Below are positions 1-10,004 of a stretch of 64,000 nt of DNA, piece after piece; the first letter of the stretch is position 1, and every line of letters starts with the position of its first letter. The stretch is from Priapulus caudatus. Lineage: Eukaryota. The translations under genes were made by a program, and so were the position numbers. The stretch lies in the NCBI RefSeq assembly GCF_000485595.1, contig NW_014577087.1:577298-641297 (forward strand), given 5' to 3'. The notes under the pieces were generated by a model that did not search any database, was not told the origin of the DNA, and saw only the letters and a program-made list of their open reading frames with translations.

Positions 1-73
1 CTATTTATCTATCTATTTTTTCTATCTATTATCTATCGTATCTATCTATCATCTATCTATCTATCTATCTATT

Positions 74-144
<71 letters not shown>
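1..144. repeat. (CTAT)n and (CA)n microsatellites
   Basis: Directly visible. Confidence 0.95.
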
Positions 145-148
<4 letters not shown>

Positions 149-432
149 GCATTTTTATACACTATCTTGCAGTTTGATAATAGATTCTTATATTTTTACA
201 CATGATTCTTGTGTTTTATACACAATTTTTTTCACATTTTATGAATGATTTTTGCATTTTTTCTATATGATTCATTATTACACATTATTCTTTCGCATTT
301 TTGTATGAAAGGTTCTTGCATTTCTATGTATAATCCCGGCATTTTCATACACGATCCTCTCGCATTTTCATACACGATTCTTTCGCATTTTTTATGCTCG
401 CACGATTCTCTCATCATTCCAGATTTGCGAGC

Positions 433-592
433 ATGGTTTCCCTGAGCTTCTCGTCCATCGTTACATTCGTCCTGATCGCTCTAATCTCAGTGTTGATCGC
501 TGCCGACGGCACCGTGGCACAGTGGCGACCGAACACACGTTACGGCAAGCGAAGCGACGACTTCCCGGCCGGTCTGACAGTGTACGAAAACG
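433..592 (+). CDS. RYa: Luqin/RYamide-type neuropeptide precursor, coding exon 1 (signal peptide + QWRPNTRYamide)
   Basis: Acceptor cattccAG ends at 422 and ATG is at 433. Hydrophobic 29-aa signal peptide MVSLSFSSIVTFVLIALISVLIAADGTVA is followed directly by QWRPNTRY (520-543) and the GKR amidation/cleavage site. Donor G|GTGAGA at 592/593 is phase 1. A peptide directly after the signal peptide is typical of luqin-type precursors. Confidence 0.93.
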
Positions 593-839
593 GTGAGACA
601 CGTTAGAAGAGTGGCATGCATAGAAGTGTTTATTCTTCCATTGCTGATGAGATTGCTGATTTAATTGGATTATAAATGGGCGCACCGATTTGATTATACG
701 CTGGTTGTAGCTTCTGTTGTGTATTCGGTAGCCTGTTAATATTTTTCTTCTTATGCTATAACAACTGCTCTGTATAAATCCTTAAAATGCAATTGGCTGT
801 GCTGTTGTTTTACCGTTATTGCTGTTTACAGCGTGACGC

Positions 840-950
840 GTACTGTGGGTGTATTGTGACGTGTATTGGGGGTGTATTGTGGATGTATTGTGTGAGTATT
901 GTGGGTGTATTGTGGGTGTATTGTGTGTGTATTTTGGGGGTGTAATTTGA
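840..950. repeat. ~11-bp minisatellite (GTATTGTGGGT)n
   Basis: About 9-10 imperfect tandem units. Confidence 0.8.
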
Positions 951-3900
951 GGGTGTACTGGTAGGTTAGAGCACCTTAACCCGCAAGCTTGATAGGAGTA
1001 ACACGACCAGGGGTCCGTTGTCAGCAACATCGTATGTAGTTAATGGCTATCATCAGTCTAAACTGTCTTAACCTTTTCACTTCATGCGTTATAAAATTTC
1101 AGACTTACGATTTCACAAATACATCTGATGTTAAAGCCTAGCGCACACACCCGAGCAAAACGGAGATTGTTTCCCAGGCGTTTTCGGCGTCTGCTCAGGC
1201 AAGCAAGCGCACAGCACGTCCACCCACGATCCAACAGCCACAGCAGCTGAGGCAAAACATACAGAAAACACTGCGTAACATCGACGCAGCCGCTGTCAAT
1301 GACATCAAAGAAATAGCCCATTCCGAATCGAACAACCACGAATTTTGTGTCGCTCATGAATATTTTTGAAGGATACCTTGATTGGGAACCGCTCGTGGCG
1401 TTTCGCATGTGTAGCAGAAACAATTTGACGTCACACCACGATCCGAAGCAAAACGTATATAAAACAGTACGCTCCACGGCCGAAAGACACGCTCCGCGAA
1501 TCAAAACATTGCTGTTCCAGCTCGAAAACCACGCTGCAGCTAGAGCAATGTCTGTCCTTGTTTCGGCGATCTTGCCACAGCCACGAACATCCAGATAGAC
1601 TCGGGATATACTAGAGAAGCACGTTGCCGCGAAAGGAGGTGTGATCCCAAGCGCTATAACGCAGATCTTGCTGCGCAAATTTCGGCGCAGCAAGGGCACC
1701 AGCAACGCGCGGAACGTCCTACGAAAGTTATGCAGGCCTGGCAGCTATGGATCGCTTGCGCCGAATGCATAGGCCGGCGCACGAATCCATAGCTGCCAGC
1801 GACACACGTCGGTAATTTATACCGGAATACAATGCAAACAGCTGCAGCTGCATTCAAAAAATATACTATAAAAGTGTCAAAGCACCTATTAACTTCCTAA
1901 CCCACTGTGTTGTATAAGTTTTTTTATGAATTGTATTCTAATTATGCGCTCAGTGCTTCATGTACACGAGCGCCAGGTGCAGCGGATACATAAGGCTACG
2001 GTTTATAATAATATATGCGGAAACATGAAAGCGCCTCTAGTTGATGTAAATAAAATGTACACCTATTATACAAACAATGACACGATAATATCTCACATAA
2101 AATTGAACACAGCGCAACCCCACCAACCTGCTCCGCTCGCTAATATATTGGCCGATAGCCGTAATCTCTAGCCGTTCAGCTAGTTGTTGAACGTTAATTT
2201 ACCAAGGAATACAAGTTCAAATGAAAATATCAATAGCTAGAATGTCAAACACCAGCGTCTACTTGCTACACTGTGATTGTAAAAGTTTCATATGAAATTG
2301 TCGGGTTTATTATTATGCGTCAGCGGACCTTCAATGATAACGCGCGGACAGCTGCGCGAACAGCATAAGCCTTTTTGGGTTTTTTTAATTAATAATAAAT
2401 AATACAATTGCCGCAAATCCATATGCCTCTATTATGTACATAGAAATGTTGTTCAAGATAGAGCAACATGGTTCCGCAATATGCTAAAACTCAATGTCAT
2501 TTACATGCAATATAATGAAAGATGTTTATATCAATATATACATAGGTTTAGGGTTATGGTTAGCGGTTAGGGTTAGGTTAGGCTAATTAGGGTTAGGGTT
2601 AGAATTTAGGGTTTAGTTGAGGGTTAGGGTTAGGGCACATTGGTTTATTGGACGCGCATCGTTCTCCTATCGTTGGTGCCGAGAATGTTCACCTATATAC
2701 AAACAATGCCGACGTAAATAAACTCACGATAGCATTAACACATAAGAGGTAGCCTAGTATGCTTGAAACGTATATCGTCAGGTCCGTTGTTGAAGCTCGT
2801 AAGGAGTCCGTGCTAATTATATGCGATCATATGGCTTGCACCGCCAAGGTAACTGCGAGCAGGCGAGTTTCCACAGTTTTTCGGGTCGACAGGGGTAACA
2901 GAAGTTTTTGCCTATAGCCAGCACGCTGGAACGATGTAATATTATGGCAACCAGAATCTGTACACGTACGCTCTCAAAACGATTTCAAAAACAAATACTC
3001 ATCCAATCCAGCTTCGATCTTGTTTCTTATTGAAAAACAGTGTTGACTTCTTATAAAACATAAATGTCTCTGTTCGTAACCGAGCTTGTGTCAACGCGTA
3101 TAAATCAACACAGAGAACTTGACGAAATTCTCGCAACGCACGCCACGCCACGCCGCTTGACACGAAGCGAGCTTTTCCCAGATAACATCGTGATATATCA
3201 TAAGGCAAACATGAGAACATCACATTGGTGTCTTAAGAATGGATACGAGAAGTCGGAGCGGCAATGACGATTTGCAGGACTAGACGATACGCGACCTTCA
3301 CTCAGCCAACATCGTTTGCTACACTGAAGTGGATTACGCTAGCGTGTCGAACTGTGCACCGCGCAGCAGTCTAGGTCATCGAGCCAAGCGTTTTTTTTTT
3401 AAATACTTGAAAATGGTACGTAGATGGACTCGTTGCGCCATCTATGGGTCGCGATAACTTCCAAATTAATGTCAGGGCATGAACCAGCGAAAAGGGTAAA
3501 TTATTTTTCTACACGAAAAGGACACGCGCCGAGCCGCAAACCAACAAAAACGAGCATTTGGATTTATGCTCGCCCTACGTGCATACTCGAAAGGCTTCTG
3601 GAATGCCCACAACTGCTCAATTGACCGATTACACCGCTTTATCCTCTACCCATAGGGCACTGTCGGAAATTTTTTTTCAACAGGGCAGCGATTTCGATCA
3701 AAAGGGGCCGCGAGGCGGCGCTGTTCGCGCTTCGCGCGGATATCCGGCTGCAGATCGTCGAGCGAAACATGTTTTTCTCCACGTTCCGGTGTTTTGCTCG
3801 GGTGTGTGCGTTGGGCTTATTTCGCGTTTTGCTCGGGTGTGTGCGTTGCGCTTTACTGACAACAGGCTCCCTATGCAAAAAGCGCCAATAAACAAGTGCG

Positions 3901-5637
3901 AACTTATAAAAAAACAATAAAAACAACAGCTGTCTCATTATTTTAAGCGAAGCGAGCACGTCACAATATATACCATTGCTAAGTCGGTCAAGCGAAGCCA
4001 GTTTATATATGTTTTTTTGCGCGTGCACGTCAAATGGTCGACATTGTGGCACTTCGTTGGTAAGCAACGTGTTTAGAACGACATTGGCGCAATTCCGATT
4101 GGCCAGAGCCACCCACACCTGACCGTGTAAATAAACGCGTACTAAATCGACCTCGACGCTAAGTTTGTCTAGTACGCGTGTGGTTGTCGAAAACGAAAGG
4201 GAAAATCACACCGGATAACATCACACGGTTTGCGAATAAGCGTAAACACGCACGCGGGTTCCGGGTATTTCAATATCATGCGGATGTGTCAGAGTCCGGG
4301 TCCATGCAAATTGGTACAATATTACGCTACATTAATTATACCTAGATAAATAAAAACTGGATTAATTTTCCGATATACCTTTCGCCGTGTAAACGCGTCT
4401 TATTGCTATTGCCAGCATTTTTCGCGGTCAATAATCTGTTGCTTTTTACCCCGGGACCATAACTGTATATAACATATCGCTACGTTTGGGGTATAATAGA
4501 AGTCTCATTAACTCTATGAACCTAGTACAGATATTGCATTAGTGCAATGATCACTCATCCAAAAGACGCGGTGATGGCTGAGGTTGCTGTAGCACATGCT
4601 GTGCCCTTTATCGCGTATGTACCGGTAAATTTCTCATATCCCGTTACACGTGGACGGGATAGCGGATTGTTCGGGGGCACCAGTGGACACGCGAAGAGCT
4701 GCACCTGTCATCAAACGATTGCGTTTCTATCTGAAATCCAATGTCAGTTTAATGGAGAGGATCTCCCGTTTCACACCCCATACAATATCCCCGCGGGCGC
4801 GCGACCGGGCGCTTTGCTCCTTTATGTTATCGCGCAGTAAATACGCATTATAAAGCAATGTTTAATTGTATATATATAAATATATATGTGTATATACATG
4901 TGGTTGTGTTGGGAGCATATTCGCAATACCCCAGAATGTCTCGGTTGTTTCTCGAACATGCCCTAACGAAACGAACGTTGGTGTCCCACAATTGCAACCG
5001 GAATGTGCGTCCGTAGCTTCAGGACGGTTTCCAAGCGGTTGGTTGTGGGTGGGTTAATCCCCGATGGCTGCTGGAAGCTACCCCGATTCGTTCATTGATG
5101 GCGCTGCAATCGCCCAGTAATAGTCGCAGCCGGCTGAAAGGGGTGATAGGATATGTTTACTAGGCACTTCTAATTTTAACATATATTTTAAATTTAATTA
5201 GGGTCAGGGTTAGGGTTAGGGTTAGGGTTAGGGCACTTTTTAGGGTTTTTGCATCATTCTTTAATATATCGTAAAATATATGTTAAAAAATATTAACACA
5301 ATATATATATAACGATATTGTTCGCTCAATTTTCCATCTTTTAATATCTGCTGCATGTGGCTTGCGCTTGAAAATAAATTATTAACAGCCAAACAGAATT
5401 TCAGGCTTTTGAACCATCTCAGCATATCGTTCTACTACAGTTGCTTTTTTATCATCAACACAAACCTATACTCAAATGGTTTATTATGAGTGACGAATTC
5501 TACAGTAAGTGTACCATCGGGAATTGTGTGCGGAGAGAAAATAACTTCTTTTTTCATTCCAGACCTAATCAAAACGCCATGCGATAGGGAATTGTATTTC
5601 GTGTTCAACATTTATCATCTATTTCGATTCTGTACAG

Positions 5638-5718
5638 ACATCGTTAGGCGGTGGGATCCACAGACGCGATACGGAAAGAGAGCAGATTTCGACACGGAGA
5701 GTAAATTAAACATAGCAG
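5638..5718 (+). CDS. RYa: Luqin/RYamide precursor, coding exon 2 (WDPQTRYamide)
   Basis: Acceptor tctgtacAG at 5636-5637. The phase-1 join G|AC gives Asp, reading (D)IVRR-WDPQTRY-GKR-ADFDTESKLNIA. Donor CAG|GTACGA at 5718/5719 is phase 1. The exon is 81 nt. Confidence 0.9.
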
Positions 5719-5818
5719 GTACGATTGTTAGGTGAACTCGTTATAATGTACTCGCACTACACGTGTGGGCCGCCCGTTGAATAGCCGCCCTAGGTCTGCT
5801 CTATCATGTCAATCTAAT

Positions 5819-5861
<43 letters not shown>

Positions 5862-6376
5862 TATATAATCATAACTATAATAATATCGCCAATATCCTGA
5901 TAATGGCAATGGTATTATTATTATTATTTTATTATTATTATTATATTATTATTATTATTATTATTATAAACAGTAATAGACAAATAATTGTCAAATGTGT
6001 GAACCGCGTGAAAAATAAGATAGTACGTTGACAAGTCGAGATGTGAAATGCGCGTGAAACAGATTTTGTGTCCAAATATGGAGATACTAGCAGGCGCCTA
6101 GTGACAAATAAACGGTGAAAATAATGGAAGATAAATGTTGTAGTATAGTAGCGAGAGGAAGAATATTGTCGCACAAGAATGCTTCATGATGGTCACAACA
6201 AGACGGAGCGATCTCCGCCTTCTTTGGGCAATTTACGGGCATTGTGTAGATTAATTGCTTCCACGGTCGTATTGAATGCACCTTTCCTCCTCACATTCCA
6301 TGCCTACGACGCCGTGAAATCTAGTTAACTGAGGAAATGGACCTCCCGCGGTTAATTCCTATTCAAACATTATTAC

Positions 6377-6431
<55 letters not shown>

Positions 6432-8159
6432 GTTGTTGTTGTTGTTGTTGAATTTTATAAAAAAAAACAAGTTATAATAGCATACTTACCTTATCCACGC
6501 GATATTTTATTCACCACAACTATCTTGCTAGTATTGCTTGTTAATCATCATGTATTAACAATATCAACAGCCAATTAACATTAATGTCAATGCCCCTTTT
6601 CATCCCAATCTATTAATTTATAGGTTCCTTTATTGTTTCAGCATGACAGGGTATCAGTAAGCATTAAGCAATAGCTCCGACGTTCTTGCATTCCTAGTTG
6701 GTATTTTATCAACAAATTTAGCCCCATCGCTATCATTAGAATTTTGAATCACGACTGTCGCACGTAACTATTTATTTTACGGGGACTATTTACTCACCTT
6801 CATTCGACACGTCTCCTCGGTGACAAAGACACACTTCTGTTGTCACTGATTTATCTTTATAAACAATATCCATTAATTTGCTGCTTACATTAGGGTGCTG
6901 TGATTTAGCTTATCGCATTGCTTTTGTTTTACTGTTTTGCAGTTTGTGTGCGTTTTTTCACCTCTATATTCGTAATTTTTTGGTATTACTTTTACGCAAA
7001 TATATAGTTGCTCCGTTCCTAAAGTAATCCTAACAATTTATTATATACATGACATATGAGAATTTCATGCGCCAAAGTAGAATACTGTATTTAATTGAAA
7101 GCTGGAAGAGCCCATTTAAAGTTGTAACTTGGGCTCGTGTTAATTGGCTAATGGTATAATGTCGTGCTCGTGAACTATTGTTACAAATTTGCAGATTCTA
7201 TATTCGTTATCGACAGTCGTCTTAATTGTGTAAACTCAGAATTAATTTGCTTTTCTCGTGTGTACGCGTGTATAATAACACCCCAGGGGCTGTTGTCAGA
7301 TCCATCTTAAGTAGTTATTACATTATAGGTCTAATATCAACATTTCAAGTGAAACGTCCTGCGAAAGTCATGGCATTTTAGACTCATGATATTCATAACT
7401 ATTTGTGATGCTTTCGAAAACAGGCCACCTACTTTTGCATTGCATTGTTTCTTTTCGGACCAACGTCTAACGTATGAGCTTGCGTTATATGGCTTTGTCT
7501 AGATATATCCAGGCGATCGAATCACGTAGCTGTGTAGATGCTGGCATAAATTGCATAATACGGATTTTAATTACAGTTTCTGATCGAAAGCGGTTCCGAG
7601 ATTACTCAATAACGTTGATTTATACGCCGAAATGAGCTAAAATAATACCGATTTTCGGGGAAAAACAACGCGAGTTATTTGACACCATCCTTTGGCGCTC
7701 GTAATTCAAGCTCTGCAATTGTACATACCGTTTGATATGAAGGCGGATTTTGAAAGACTCGCTAATAAGCCATATCGGAAAGTACCCGTCGCCATAATGA
7801 GATCAGATAAGAGGGGGTATAAGTTGCCATAACATAGCTATGTTATAACATAGTGACAATCGTACTAGTCTAGGTTTTTGATCTATAATTCTCTTCACTA
7901 ACATCGTACCTCAATTCACAGGTGCGTTTCTCTTTACAGAAACATTTACAAATATGATTGTGGTCATTTGGGATATTTTGCAATGTTTGTGTTAATGCAA
8001 AAAACTAAAAACGCACGAGTGTATACAATAATCATGTACTTTCTTAAGCGCGCCTCGGCCATTTTATACCTCCTTTTTCTCTGACCTAAATAGCACAGCT
8101 GGACTTTCCGATCTCACTTATAAATATATAAATATATTTATATATTTGGCGCGGGTCCT

Positions 8160-8190
<31 letters not shown>

Positions 8191-8260
8191 CTTCGATGCA
8201 CTTGGTCGTGATTGGTCGAGACTGGTGCATGCGCTGTAACCCCGTACGCCCGCGTACACA

Positions 8261-8484
8261 CATGGGGCCCGTTGTCAGAAACAAAATTAGTCTTAACATT
8301 AGTCTTAACATTAACTTTTTCTCTTAGACCGTTGACAGAAACGCTGCGAAGTTACGAGAATAAAAAATCGTAGCAGATTTCCTCATAACAATACGAAACA
8401 AAGTGATGTCGACGGTCGGTAGGAGAAATTTTTAATGTTAAGACTAATATTAAGACTAATTTTGTTTCTGACAACGGGCCCCTG
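8261..8484. mobile_element. MITE with ~50 bp terminal inverted repeats
   Basis: Left GGGGCCCGTTGTCAGAAACAAAATTAGTCTTAACATTAGTCTTAACATTAA and right TTAATGTTAAGACTAATATTAAGACTAATTTTGTTTCTGACAACGGGCCCC. Related termini occur at ~1008 (CAGGGGTCCGTTGTCAG) and ~7284 (CAGGGGCTGTTGTCAG). Confidence 0.8.
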
Positions 8485-8877
8485 GCTTACAAAAACAAAT
8501 CGATCCAGTCCTACACACTGCGCCGCGCCGCAATTCTTGAATATTGTTGATGCAATTCTTGTGCATCTTTTAAGGAAATATAATTTCATGAAGAAAGCTG
8601 CATTTTGATGCATTTCCATCGACCTTACCGCAAAGCGCTCGGTTCTAATTTTTTTACTATTGATACAGAAGTAAGACAGATATGCACAAAATATGCACAC
8701 AAATACAGCTTAATTGGCACATTTTATGCAGGTTTTATGGTTTCAAAGTGTCCCTGTCTCGAATTTAACGCGGGGCATTTTCTTACCTGATCGCGAGGCG
8801 CGTAGCGCCTATAGCTGCCAAGGCGCGAAGCGCCGATGGCAGCTCGTATATATATNNNNNNNNNNTCCGTATAGGAA

Positions 8878-8884
8878 GTTTGTG

Positions 8885-8932
<48 letters not shown>

Positions 8933-8934
8933 TG

Positions 8935-8966
<32 letters not shown>

Positions 8967-9010
8967 GGTGTATGTATGCCTGTGTTCCCGCGCGCGTGTG
9001 TGTGTTTTGG

Positions 9011-9046
<36 letters not shown>

Positions 9047-9056
9047 TATGTGTGTG

Positions 9057-9104
<48 letters not shown>

Positions 9105-9208
9105 TGAGTATGTGTGTGTGTATGTATGCCTGTGTTCCCGCGCGCGCGTGTGTGTGTGTGTGTGTGTTTGTGTGTGTGTGCGTATGTGTGTGTGTGTGTG
9201 TGTGTGTG
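8878..9208. repeat. (GTGC)n/(GT)n compound microsatellite next to N-gap 8856-8865
   Basis: Directly visible; it is the source of the CVRA/THTH pseudo-ORFs. Confidence 0.95.
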
Positions 9209-9346
9209 ATTGCCCGTATGTGTGGCTATATGAAGAGTGTATCTAGCAACAACGTCGTCGCTAACAAAACGTAACGTGTACGCCATATATACCTTGGCAA
9301 CAAATGTTTGCGGCAATCGCTAAAGCCCCGGTTTTAATTTTTTTAG

Positions 9347-9435
9347 GTGTAACGAACCAGGATGATAACGTCTCAGACGAAAGCTTTTCCTGCGTGCATA
9401 CAGGCGTGGAAAACCTCTACCGATGTTTCAGGTAA
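9347..9435 (+). CDS. RYa: Luqin/RYamide precursor, coding exon 3 (C-terminal two-Cys domain)
   Basis: Acceptor ttttttAG at 9345-9346. The phase-1 join reads (G)VTNQDDNVSDESFSCVHTGVENLYRCFR*, and C-x10-C (CVHTGVENLYRC) is the characteristic luqin/RYamide C-terminal motif. The end is ambiguous: TAA at 9433-9435 or donor AG|GTAAAG at 9431/9432. Not in the ORF track. Confidence 0.88.
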
Positions 9436-9470
9436 AGACGGCGCGCGACACCACGAAACCCTGCAACTAA

Positions 9471-10004
9471 TACCGTTGACACACTGAACTTTCAATGCGC
9501 TTTGATGCGCATTGATGCGCTTCATCGCGGTTATGTACACACCAGATACGGTTGTAATGCGCATCAATGCGCATTATTTTTAATTCACATACGTATGTGG
9601 ATTGAGCAGTTCGCTTACGGTTCGATTCGGTTCGGTTCGGTTCTGTTTGGCGGTGTGTCAACGATAATTTTACAACACGGTTCTGTTCGGTTTGGGATTG
9701 GATGATGAAATCACGTGGTGTTCTCGTGAAGATCCTGTGATTGGATGATGAAATCACGTGGTGTTCTCGTGAAGATCCTGTGATTCGATGATGAAATCAC
9801 GTGGTGTTCTCGTGAAGATCCTGTTGAATGCGTTGTTGGATTTGCGTTCGGATGCGTTCGGATTTGCGTTCGGATTTACGTTCGGTTGTTTCGGAGTGTC
9901 AACGGTATATCACATATGAAATCGAATTATGTCATTCGGTTACAATGCGCATCAATGCGCATTGATGCGCATTGGTCAATACCGAATTTGGTGTGTCAAG
10001 GGTA
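9471..10004. mobile_element. MITE (PIF/Harbinger-like, TAA/TTA flanks) with an internal 43-bp x3 tandem repeat
   Basis: TIRs TACCGTTGACACAC / GTGTGTCAAGGGTA, with subterminal ATGCGCATTGATGCGC motifs at both ends. The 43-bp unit GATTGGATGATGAAATCACGTGGTGTTCTCGTGAAGATCCTGT starts at 9696, 9739 and 9782. Confidence 0.75.

Noticed and set aside
394..432. Upstream ATG at 394 as the precursor start
   Set aside because: It lies in pyrimidine-rich intron-like sequence upstream of the acceptor at 421-422. ATG 433 gives a proper signal peptide.
1082..1705. 207-aa minus-strand ORF in neuropeptide intron 1 (also 3639-4118)
   Set aside because: No recognisable motif, a non-ATG start, and overlap with dispersed-repeat-like sequence.
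2548..5233. TTAGGG runs as telomere or chromosome-fusion relics
   Set aside because: They are short, degenerate and embedded in intronic repeat-like sequence; a similar patch at ~57420 lies within a TIR-bounded element.
9696..9824. Three 43-bp direct repeats as a possible CRISPR array
   Set aside because: The units are contiguous with no unique spacers, lie inside a MITE, and the context is eukaryotic.
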